Shown: positions 26,901 to 38,049 of the stretch, piece after piece
Layout: each line of letters opens with the position of its first letter
How positions within the stretch are numbered: the stretch's first letter is position 1
NCBI GenBank assembly: GCA_964252035.1
Contig: CAXUOO010000304.1
DNA length: 64,000 bases
Source: Podarcis erhardii
Taxonomy: Eukaryota
Strand: one strand, 5' to 3'
Notes under the pieces: model-generated
What the model was told of the DNA's origin: nothing
Database searches by the model: none
What the model saw: the letters and a program-made list of their open reading frames with translations, nothing else
Translations under genes and position numbers: made by a program

Positions 26901-27610
26901 CAACGGGAAAGACGCTTGCTTGCGAAAGGCTGTATAGATAATTACCAACACAATCAGACCCACATCTACCTTTCCTTTGCATGATGCATGACGCTTTACA
27001 TCAATTACCGGAGCAGCGCCTACGGTTATCAAGAAATCACGGTGAAGTCATATGAACGTATCATCGCGTCTACTCAAAAAAACGACAACCTACTGAAGTG
27101 CATGAGGTTTATCAGGTAGACTTCAATATATCTACAGCAGCCAAGTTTGAGTCAGCTAACATGATGCGATGTCATTTGCATAATTTTTTTTTTTCGGTCA
27201 ATACCGGTTCCTTCCCCCTTCAAGACACCATCGTGAAATTGATTTTTCGAAAAAGCTAGTGTAAGTGTATTTCAGGGGGGAAGCTCCAAACTTTTGCTTG
27301 ATACTTGCCTATTTGGCTAATTCATCTGCATAAGGTATTCTTCCGGCCCTACTGTAAGCGTGCGTTCAGCCCCGTGCAGCAACGACGGCATAGTCTGATC
27401 AATATGGGATCCAAAAAGCATTTCTGTTGCACTGTTTACATAAGACTCTAGACTGTTTATACCACCAAGGAGGTTGAACTGCTGATACTACGTGGCTACT
27501 CTACCACTTCGTGAAGCTGCAGAATCACAGTTTCTCGTGGACAACCATTCTAACCTAGCCTTCTGTCAACTAATGCCAAGCGAGTACATACGCTAGCTGA
27601 TATCGGATCT
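24000..27610 (-). pseudogene. Same family pseudogene, repeat unit 2
   Basis: Near-identical copy of 17,800-21,300, sharing most stops and frameshifts, plus a 110-bp internal duplication. Confidence 0.6.
24659..24867. repeat. 99-bp direct duplication separated by an 11-bp filler GATTTTTTTTT (period 110)
   Basis: tagtctctgttgagtgg...gttcaaactct at 24659 and 24769. The same structure occurs at 31003-31211. It is single-copy in unit 1 (~18,455-18,553). Confidence 0.95.
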
Positions 27611-28632
27611 AGAATCCCAAGAGAGGCGGAAATGCGAAGCAGCCAAAATTACTGTCCAAAGCAACATACATTGATAATCACCAGCCACGTGCACACACAG
27701 ATAACACACAAACACATACGCACACGCATACACACACACGCACATTGCTGGCATAGTTGTACTAACGATATGATGAGTACTGGCATCAATGTAGCAGAAG
27801 ACATACACAGCAGCAACTAGAACACCAGCAAAACACAACGGTAACGAAATTCTGGCTTCAGCTTCTAAGATACAGTAAAAACTACAGAAATAATTGCACC
27901 ATTATAGATCGTTATTCGGTGCCAACGGTACGCATTCCAACAGCAGCCCCGAAGAGAAACTAGCAGCAACAGCAGCATCTCGGCTGACAAGAAAAGAGCA
28001 GTACAGGTCTGTGAGACAGCTGTTAACACTACAAAGTAACGGAAACTTTGAAACACAACCAGATCCAAATATCGCCTTCGCAAACATTTCGCTAGAATTC
28101 ACTCATATATATATATATATATATATATATACTTCAACAAAGACGTGCTTCGAATCGGAACAGCTTCATCGACCAGACTAGCCGTCGCATATGAATACTA
28201 GGCATAGCAGTTGCAAACAAATTAAACGGATAGCAGCAGCCGAGATTCAACTGCAACTGGAGAAGCGGGTATTCTCACAACACAGAACGACTGCACTACC
28301 CAGGGAGGTGCAAGAGCATTTTGGATGCATACACCACGTCCCTGAGTGCCTACAACTGCGGCTGCCGGTCCCTCTGTTGCTTGTCTCTTGGTGAAAGGCA
28401 AATGCCTGCAGTAAGGCGGCGGCGGAAGAAGCCAGCCTGGAGCAGCAGCAAGGACACGAGCAACTAGTTGTGTTGCGATGATGTGGAGGTGGACAAGACA
28501 CAGAAGGTACAGCAGAAGTAAGAACAACGCGTCGCGTCGTCTCGTCGGAAGACATACAACAACAGAGATCGACAAAATCACCTGCAGTATTGACAAGTAA
28601 TGCAACAAGCTATGCAACGTTCGCAGACGTTC

Positions 28633-28678
<46 letters not shown>

Positions 28679-30349
28679 GCGTGAAGTTGTCAAGCGAATA
28701 TGTCTATACGAAGAGTTTTACCTGGAAACAACGGCAGCAACAGCAACACACAATTTTTTATAATGCAGCAGGTAGTGCTGATCCGATGAATGTTGCTGCC
28801 ATGTGAGTCTTAGAAGCAGACTTGCTGCTGATATGATGGTCATTGCTGCCACGTGAGTCTGAGAAGCAGACCCGCTGCTGGTCTGATGGAGGTCTCTGCC
28901 ATGTGAGGCTTGGAAATGTTGTAGCCTAATAAGCCTACAATGCTCTTCGTTGCTTCCGCTGCACTTGCTAATATGTGACAAAACGCTGCTTCATTGTTTG
29001 TGTGCTGCAGTTTTCTCATTCTGGGGCGTCCATTTCAGAGGTACTGCTGCGTTCAGTGCTGCACCTCGCGGCGCCTTCTGCATCGTGCTCTGCAGCTGCC
29101 GCGCCGGCGCCTCTCATAATAACTGTGTTATTAAACGGCCTAGTGCTAGAGAGTATATCTAATCTGCCACGGCTACTTCGAGCAGGTGTCCAGAAACTAT
29201 ATGCTGCGTCATCTGTTGCTGCTGCTGCTGCACCTGTTTGAGAAACAGGACGTGACAAATACGTTAAATAACATCATCTTGTTCTACACTGCACATAAGA
29301 AAAGAATGCACAGTAACACATGCTGCTCAAAACTTTTATGCACCCATATACTGACAGGTGATATATGAAAAGCCCCTGTACTTCTAGAAGCTCTCACATT
29401 GCGACGTTGAGTAAAAGTACTTTACTTTCTTCAACAAAGACGGGCGTTTTTTCCAAGGCAGCTTTTCTGCTTTAGCTAGATTTGTTGAGCTCTGACGCGG
29501 GGAAGCATTACCACGAGGCAGTCCTGTGCGATATCTAATCTCAACTCTTCAGCTTTATTTCCTTGTCTGTTAAACCTTTGCCTAGATATTTGTGGTATCA
29601 TCCATGTTGTTTGTTGTGGCGCTGTTGTGCTTGCGTATTTTAGTTCGGTGTACGGAATATGGATGCTAAGACACATTTGCTAGGAAATGTTTACCCTTTG
29701 AAACTTACCCTCATGCTTACTCGCGTGGTTGACCAGTATTGATGGGAACTCAGCGTTGTAACTTGGCTGTGCAGGTGTTGTGTTTAGCTGTGAAATTCTG
29801 AGATGCTGCGGGCTTTGTCGTGGATGTGACTCTGTTGCCGCTGCTCTGCTTTTAGCGGTGTGCTCACGGATCTATTGTAGTTCTGTGTAGGAAAGCAAAT
29901 CAGACGTATTGAAGACTGGTGTTGATGATAACATTATGCTTTGCCTTGAAGCTGCTGCTAAAATCGAGACCACAGCGAGAAATTCAATGTCAGCAGCACT
30001 TTAATGGCTGATGCGTCGACTGTGAAGATTTGTGGTTTACTACTCCTATATATCTTGAACGACGGATGGTTCAGTCAGCATGCCTTTATCGTAGAAGTTT
30101 GCAATCAGTCGTGTTTACATAATGGAATGAAGAGCGAATGGCAGTAACCACCTGACTGCACGACTATCTTAGAGACACACGAGTATCGGCTTTGATAGCG
30201 ACGCAAAATCAAGTGCCACAAGAGTCACGTCGGAGGTGGAAACAAGTAAAAGACTTGAAACTCTCAAATATACAAATCCTACAGTTTCTATAAGAATTAT
30301 TGCCGAAAAAGATTGTCACCTGTCGCAAATTTGCCTGCTGTGCAAACTA

Positions 30350-33300
30350 TGCATTTGAGCGTTTGATGCGGCATTAAGGTTTCCGCTAGTCGTTCGTGAA
30401 GTTCAGAGCTCAACTGTCTCTCGCTGTACTTGAATCAACTGTCTCATTTCTGTTCCACCTCTTAGTCTGCGGCTTTTCGCGTGTGGGTCCTCAAGCAATA
30501 TGGCAACCTGCACGATTCGATTTCCGCCGTTTGGAGGATGCAGTTGTTTTAGATGTGTTACCAGCCTTTCCTGCGCTATGTGGGTTATTTTATATGCCAT
30601 GGTATATTCCAGTGCTCAGCCGCAAAACCTGCCTTTTGCTTCTACAGACGGTGCTGGCCTTGTCTCACCTAGTGAGACACCTTGGCTTGCCGTAGTATTA
30701 GGGATTCTAGTGCTGTTTTTGATGCTGTGGAGGGCATTGGAGACAGCTCCGCGACGTGAAAATAGGCGGATTGACAGATTCGATCCGATACACAGACGTT
30801 TTCTGGACTGGAATCTATAGGATTCAGCGGGCCTACGTAGCTCGACTTGTCGGCTATGAACACTAGATGGCACCAGCGACGCTTCCAGTGACTTGTCTCA
30901 AGGAGATGTGACCCCAAAAAGAATCGAAATGTAGTGCCATTTTGCGCTCAGCGACGGCTTTCAAAAAGTTTATGGGTCCAAATGATGTCTGCGACGACAA
31001 TCTAGTCTCTGTTGAGTGGATGTTTGTTGTTCAGCTCAAGTATCGAGATCAATTACTTTTCATTTCAAGAAAACCTATGCTGCCGAATAAGTTCAAACTC
31101 TGATTTTTTTTTTAGTCTCTGTTGAGTGGATGTTTGTTGTTCAGCTCAAGTATCGAGATCAATTACTTTTCATTTCAAGAAAACCTATGCTGCCGAATAA
31201 GTTCAAACTCTTTGCTGTGAATGAGCGACTGGTCTTGATTTTAAGACGATTTTGACTTTCATTGACACCGATTATCAACACTAGTACGTGGTACTGATGT
31301 GATAGAGAAGAAGACGCATTTGCGTTGTGATATCTAATTTGAGTAGTAACTGTTTGCTATACAGAAGAGTCGCCGAGTTTCAGCACTACATTTGGGCTAG
31401 GTCATTTTTGAGAATTCAGCTATAATCAGATTAGTCCACTTTAATATACTAACGCTTTTGAGCATCTCGTGCGGTTTTGTTTTGCCATTGAAAACATACA
31501 CTACGTATTAGGCGGGGCACATTGATGTTACCCTACCAAGCGGGCATACGAGAAAAAATCAGAAATCGTGAGCTGTTGAACTACAGCAAATACTTAAATG
31601 ATGTACCAATGTCAAGGTCATCTAGATAATGAAAGGCAGTCATGCTGACCGATGTATACCCGTGTGGTTTACTTTTATACTGATGACGTGGGACCGCCAT
31701 ACTACACAGCTTGATGTGTGTCGGTCTTTTTTTGGACGTTGAAGCGGATTCCTTTGCCTGCATATAGGATGGCTCTCTATACATGTTTACATAGGCGAAG
31801 AATGTCGTCAACAGCCATAGAGCCTTGGTATAGGAAAGGGTGGTGAGAGACGGTGCAAGCTCAGCGCGCCCGAGGTTCCGTTCGTATGGGAGTTCTCTGC
31901 GTCAAGGCCACACTCAAATCTTTAAAAGGTCACCTTTTTCATTTTTCGGCATCTCGGCGTATTAGGGCTGCGATGAAGTCTGACGACACCAACGTTCTCG
32001 AGTAAAAGAAGTAGATATCTTCTTTAAAGCGCTGAAGGCACCAAAAAATGCAGTTGTCTCTTTTCGCCTCAATCGGAGACCAGAAAAACACTTTCCTTGG
32101 CGCGTGTTTGGCAGTGCTTCGTCTTCAATGCTAATGGAATATATCGAGGACGCAATACAAACTTACCATACAGCATAAAGAGAATGTAATCGGCTGAGAG
32201 TAGTGATTGTCGAGAACGGGTTGTATGCAGGAACAATATTTTGCCACTTTGATTGCGCTGGATTTAAACCTTATGGTCGTGTTTTACAAGATGTTAGCTG
32301 CCTACTGATTTTCTTTCTTGTAGTAGATCATGTATAAGGCACATTATTTTTCATGCGAGACGGCAGCAAGAATATACATTTTGGACAAATGGTCCGAATG
32401 CGCTCTACTTCAACAGCGACCAACTGTCGTGTTATCTTTGATAATAATACTTGAACATATTGCTGCAGAAGCGAACGGGAAATTCTGACCTGGTTTTTGA
32501 ACGCCCTATCCGTGCATGTAACAGAAGCAACGCTGTTTTAGATAACCAGGCTTTTCGCGAACGTTACGTGTTTCTGACCAAAACGGCCATAGCGCTTCAC
32601 TTCTTTGCAACGTGACTTGTGGACACTCTTCTGGTTCCCCACAGCTGCGGCTGTAAATTGCTTACCCACACGAGGTGTGTCGTGCCTGCAGAAACAACGA
32701 AACATGTATTTGGCATGCAGACTTTACTACATGTACCATATAAGCTCTGCTGGACACAGATGGAATTGGAAATGCAAATGAAGAACGGATGAATGACTGA
32801 AAGAGTCAGTGACTTTGGTTCTTTAGAGAACCACTCAGATTAAAAGAATCCCTCTCTTCCCTCTCCTACTCATATCTTCCGAAGGCACTGGAATCTATTG
32901 AGGTCTCTTGCTTCAGTGCACTTGCTTTTCGACTTTCTCTGTTGTGCATGACCATAGCCTCAATGAAACAACTTCTCACTCTGGGATAGCTGCTCGCCAT
33001 TGTAAGCGAATGACTGTCCTTGACAAAATTTTTTAGAATTGATGTATATCGCACTCTCATGCGCGAAGAGGCAAAGTTCTAGAGTGGGGACGGGGAAGCC
33101 CCAACAGTAGGGGATCATATATGACTTCCCAGTCAAATAATGCAGACAATGGTGTTGACACTGGTATACTCAACTGGTGGATAGGTTCACAGGTGCTTGA
33201 AAGTGCCTTTGAGAATATCTTTGATGCAGACTGGCATGAAGCTTATTTCTACATCAAATTTGCTATAAAAATGAGATATACGAAAGCAGTCAATCTTCAA

Positions 33301-36300
33301 GCGCCTCTGGTCATGCATTTCTTCGGCAGCCAAGATACAAATGTCTTCAAGCGTCCTATATGAGAAATTCTCAGTTTACTGACAGGGTGCGTATATGCCA
33401 AACAGGAAGCGAGTTGCTGGCTGTCTCGTTGATAATTTCATAGTAATGGCAACTCGCGGGCTAAGGCGATTCCTTGTTGCACTTATTCGCTACTATTATA
33501 AATCAACCACTAGAATATGTACGCGGATAAAAATGGTTATTTTTAGATGTATATGTTACCAAGTATACGAAAGAATCAACGCGTCGCGCATTTTGCCGTT
33601 TACCGCGTAGCTGGTGGACTGGACAAGTGTGCGGCGCGCCATGTTTGCGGCTATGAGGCGACAGTCCAACCTTTGATATTGTCATCTAAATTTTTACGAC
33701 TTTCGTTAGTGGAAGCTGAGCTGCTCTGGCTAGGTTACATTGAACCTTTATTGGTGACGAACATGATGGATTTGGCAGGGCAAATCTGCCAGCTGATTAT
33801 TACGACTTAATCCGTGAAGGCTATCCTAAATTTTGTGTGTACACTCCAGCTTAACGCCACGACGCGCCACAGTTGCACATGATAATCTTTAACATAGAAT
33901 GTACTTGAGGTTACATGCGTGATTTGATAAAAAAAAAATTCAAATCTACGTATTCAGTGAACATAGATACGAGCGGCTACGGAAAAATGCACTATTCTAT
34001 TTAACGCTCTCGTGATCTACCGCGAAAAGCCTCTGAGCAGATCCTGCTATTCCGGCACAGTGGTTTTTTTATGTATATATACAGTTGACTGTCAAATTGC
34101 TGAATGGACGCCGCGTGTTACCTTTACTTCTAATGTAATCACCATGCGTGCAACATTGCAACTGTCTCGACTTCGCCAGCTCTACGTGATGGTATCCGCA
34201 CTGAAGGCGCCTCAGTTCCTCACACAGATAATGGTCTACGTTTTCTTGTGAATGTACATTAATACCTGCAAATGACCATGCTGATGGAGATGGTTCAAGT
34301 CTGTATTCCTTGACAAAAGTATGCGCATGTACCTCATTGGTCACCGTGTCTATAAAACGGAGAAGCGAGTAGCGAGTGAAGACATAGGATTAGCAGTGTT
34401 CAGCTATTCATCGAAAACAAGTAAAGTTCTGTAAGGTGTTTGCGGCACGGAAAGAGTCCACCTTAAGCTCTCGACAACAGCATACAAGAGCGAGAAAGCT
34501 GGGTAGCACGCGTGGAGACGCAAGCGCTACAGGAAAGCATTCAGAGGAATGGATGGTGGATCCTATCTGGATGTGATATCTGTAGACTATCATATTATGT
34601 GGTATTTGTAACAAGCATTTACTTAGCTTTCATCTTGGTGAATGAATGATATGAAGCATTGAAACGATAAGTATACGAATGCATTTTTCAAATTCCATGT
34701 CTGAGGATATTGTCTGACGCTATCTCGGCCTCATCGTTGTCGCAGTTCGTGTCAAAACGTCTCTTGTTTCTACAACTGCATGTGATCTGGTCGTAGTAGA
34801 TGGTGCAGCCGGTTTGATTACAATCACTTCAGTTTCCGTTGTTGCCTCGTCTATACATGTGAAGATATATATGATATCTAGTATACAAGTATACTCTGTG
34901 AAGGTTGTGGAAGCGCTGTAGTCACGAGTTTCTGCTCGTGTGTGATGTGTAGCGATACACTGGTGGAATTTTGGTCGCGTACCGTGACGCTATTTGTATG
35001 CATGAGGGGAAATTAGCAAGCATGTAGAATCGTGCTGGAGAAGCAATTTTTGCTCAGAAGGCAAGCAGGAGCAGTATCAGTAGCAGAGAAGCTAACACTA
35101 TGTATAGCTCGTTGTAGCCTTGAAAGTTGAGCTTGAAACCAGATTAATTGTTTTCATCTGCCTCCTGTGAGAGCTTGGACTTTTTTGGTGGAAAACGTCC
35201 AAACTCTCACAGGTGAATGCTCTGTAAGACAATCGCAGCATAGTAACAAAATACGCAGGAGCGGCAGCATACTAGCGAAAAACGCAGTTGCAATGGCAGC
35301 AGAGACCCTAGCTAAGATTGCACCAGCCGTTGCATCATTGGGAAGATCGAAGCTGCGGCGAAGGAAACGGGAAGTTCTGCGTCGACAAGAGCACCCGAGA
35401 CTTCTTCCTTGGCACGTGCTGCTAGTTTCCCTTCTGCTGCGGGTAAGAGTCAGCTAGCGAACGGTTATGTATGTAGAGAAGCAGAAATGATGCCAAGTAT
35501 TAGTAATATCTGAAACTGGAGTCAAGGAACCTTCGTGTGCAGCTGCAAGTTTCCACCTGCCCTTGCGATCGCAGTTGGCGTTGCCGTGTTCGCCCTTGCT
35601 ACACCAAGCACCGTGATGTAAGTCACTCATACGCGGTGAAAACAATTTGGTACATATGCGTCCCACCCCAGATTGAAATCAGTGCATTTGAAACTGTCGA
35701 CGAGAGGTATTGTTTGTGTCAGGCTCTTGCGATCACACCTGTTGATCTTCTCAGACTTTGTGATTCAACACACACAGCGATCGGATCAACAATGACTCTT
35801 TTCACGCTCGACCGCCGTACCTCTGTGTCAATTTCTCTCAATGGGATGATTCACATGCTACCGCAGGCCTCGACACATGCCACGGTGCGGTATAATTTGA
35901 CTTGAGTATTAATTGAGGAACCTACCAAAACGGCTGATAAATTTTGGGACGAGAGCCCGATCTTGTGTCGCAGCAAATTTGCTCGTGGTATGCTAGATTC
36001 GTGCTTGACCTGTAGGCTGTGAGATCAGAAGACAATCATCCATTGCAAAACACGCAGAATTCCACAGCGCAGAATGTGGACGTCAGACTCGGCGGTTCAG
36101 GCTGAAAGCATCGGCGCGTATCATCAGTTTGCCGGCTGAGCGGCCCTTGAAGAATTTGTTCGCTTCACCCTCGACGATACGACAAGACTTTTGTAAAGTG
36201 TCGGGAGGGAGATTAGTCGTTCTTGGGTCATTTATTGAAACGGGTGACGAGGTCGTGAGGCTCCATGGTATAGTTCTAATGGCGATACGCGCAACTTCGC

Positions 36301-36850
36301 TAAAAAAAAACAACATATACATGATGCATTACCTCTGGGAACAAAACGTAGAAGTGGAACTTAATGTAATACTAGTCATTTATACAGCCTACTGTAAGCT
36401 GGCGTTTTTCCCATTGACATTATCGAAGTAGCGATTCCTTCGTAGACTTGTTGCTATCTAGAGCAAACTATTGTGATTCAGCTAACAGCCCACTGGTGCG
36501 ATAACCTTTGCAGATTTTATTTTTGCTTATCAATTTCTCAGTGTGAATAAGTGAATTTTCAAAATTGCAAGTGTGTGCTTGACGATTCGTGAACGCAAGT
36601 GGGGAAGCTCCGAAAACACTGCATGATTGTGTTTGACTGGCTACGCCTGCGTGTAGTAGCATTGCCTTGCGTAAAATAAGCTAGCGTTAAGACCGATGCA
36701 GCAACAATAGCAAAGTCTGATTCATACTGGATTCGAAAAACAGTTCTGTGGCAGGGTTTAGATGAAATTTTGACTGATTTACACCACTATGGCGGTTTCA
36801 CTAATAGTGCAACCTGATCAAACTATTACTCCATGAAGCTGTAGACACAC
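30350..36850 (-). pseudogene. Chimeric family pseudogene: left part from the recent amplification, right part (from ~32,110) an older diverged paralog with an inverted segment
   Basis: Near-identical to units 1/2 up to 32,110, then diverged but alignable: 32,110-32,450 to 19,450-19,750; 35,570-35,850 to 20,175-20,400; 36,520-36,850 to 20,920-21,200. LRGKRQNARRVD at ~33,570-33,610 resembles the domain end seen in other copies. Confidence 0.5.
31003..31211. repeat. Same 99-bp duplication plus T-rich filler, in unit 3
   Basis: Identical structure to 24,659-24,867. Confidence 0.95.
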
Positions 36851-37286
36851 TTATTGTGTACAGTCCATTGTGCCATTTATTGTCAATCATTGAGATGGTG
36901 ATTCCAGTTACTGCATATTCTGGTCGATATTTGAAAAAAAATTTCAAGTTTGGTTTTCATCAAAATGGTAAAATTACTGCAGATCACGTACCAATTGGCC
37001 AGTTTGTGAAAATGCATCTTTCCTTCTTCGTATAGTTTACAATAAACTCGTATTTTGCCTCTCGAGGATGGATGGGGCAACTGCTTATTCTCATTCGTAA
37101 GAATATTTTAGTGTAGAATTGTAGATCAGTTTTATGAGATCGTTTATGTGAGCGGGTCACACAACACTCCAATATTTGCAAATCTCTCTGTCATCTTAAG
37201 TTCGTCAACATGCATTTGAAACAAGTGAGTTGTGAGTTCCTTGCTAGTCTGGGAAACAAAGCAATTTAGGAGCCATTGATTCCCTT

Positions 37287-37328
37287 AATTGGAACGATAC
37301 AGAGAAGATTAGCATGGCCCCTGCGCAA
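37287..37328 (+). pseudogene. U6: U6 snRNA internal fragment (equivalent to human U6 nt 29-70), lacking the canonical 5' end and truncated in the ISL
   Basis: AATTGGAACGATACAGAGAAGATTAGCATGGCCCCTGCGCAA is 42/42 identical to the conserved U6 core as I recall it (ACAGAGA box, AGC triad, 5' arm of the ISL). The expected continuation GGATGACACGC is absent. Confidence 0.93.
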
Positions 37329-37406
37329 CGTGCATTTGAAACAAGTGAGTTGTGAGTTCCTTGCTAGTCTGGGAAACAAAGCAATTTAGGAGCCATTGAT
37401 TCTCTT

Positions 37407-37448
37407 AATTGGAACGATACAGAGAAGATCAGCATGGCCCCTGCGCAA
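37407..37448 (+). pseudogene. U6: Second U6 snRNA fragment (one substitution, GATT to GATC)
   Basis: 41/42 match to the first copy, exactly 120 bp downstream. Confidence 0.92.
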
Positions 37449-38049
37449 CGTGCATTTGAAACAAGTGAGTTGTGAGTTCCTTGCTAGTCTGGGAAACAAA
37501 GCAATTTAGGAGCCATTGATTCCCTTAACTCTCTACGAAAAAAAATAAAAAGGTACCAATTGAGATTTTATTAACGTCTTACGCTGATTCCAAGGCTTGA
37601 AACACTAAGTTTTACCGCGTTCAGCAACACAATGCACGAGCTTGCACGCATGCTGCGTTGATACTGCCTGTCGCTACTATGTACGCTTATGCCGCTCTCA
37701 GAATAGAGACAGATCGCACAGAATGTATATTAAGGCAGCAAATTTCATATACCATTTGATCAAACATTATCACACATACATCTATAACAATTGTATAAAA
37801 TTTGTGCGGTTTTTCGTTTCTTCGTTCGCTTGTTTCGCGCTAAATGACATATAAAAACAAAATGTCATGAATCAATACAGTCTGCACTGTCTACGCACTT
37901 CATGAGAGCTCTACTATAGAGCGTGATGGCACGACTCTAATATGCAACAGATCAGAATTAGAGACACTACATGCTGGTGTGACGTAATCAAATTGACAAG
38001 TTGTTAGTTAAACATAAGAGTCCACAATTCAGTGACTGAGTTTGGGAAA

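Larger units (their letters stand above)
16990..32110. repeat. Large near-identical tandem amplification, unit ~6.2-6.35 kb, ~2.4 copies (about 16,990-23,190; 23,190-29,540; 29,540-32,110)
   Basis: Identical or near-identical ORFs recur at offsets 6204 then 6344 (17848/24052/30396) and 6311-6333 (19453/25767; 21282/27593; 22385/28718). High identity ends after ctttccttggcgcgtgtttg at ~32,110. Confidence 0.95.
37211..37528 (+). repeat. 120-bp tandem repeat, ~2.65 copies (78-bp unit A / U6 fragment / A / U6 fragment / A)
   Basis: tgcatttgaaacaagtgagttg...ggagccattgattc(c/t)cttaa recurs at 37211, 37331 and 37451. The third copy stops exactly where the U6 sequence would start. Confidence 0.95.

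Noticed and set aside
37225-37269. GTGAGT...TTTAG within unit A as an intron interrupting a U6 gene (as in some fungi)
   Set aside because: Only 45 nt long, not at the U6 junctions, and removing it does not restore the missing 3' half of U6.
37211-37528. CRISPR-like repeat-spacer array
   Set aside because: Eukaryotic context, 78-bp repeats, and two near-identical spacers that are U6 sequence; no cas genes.
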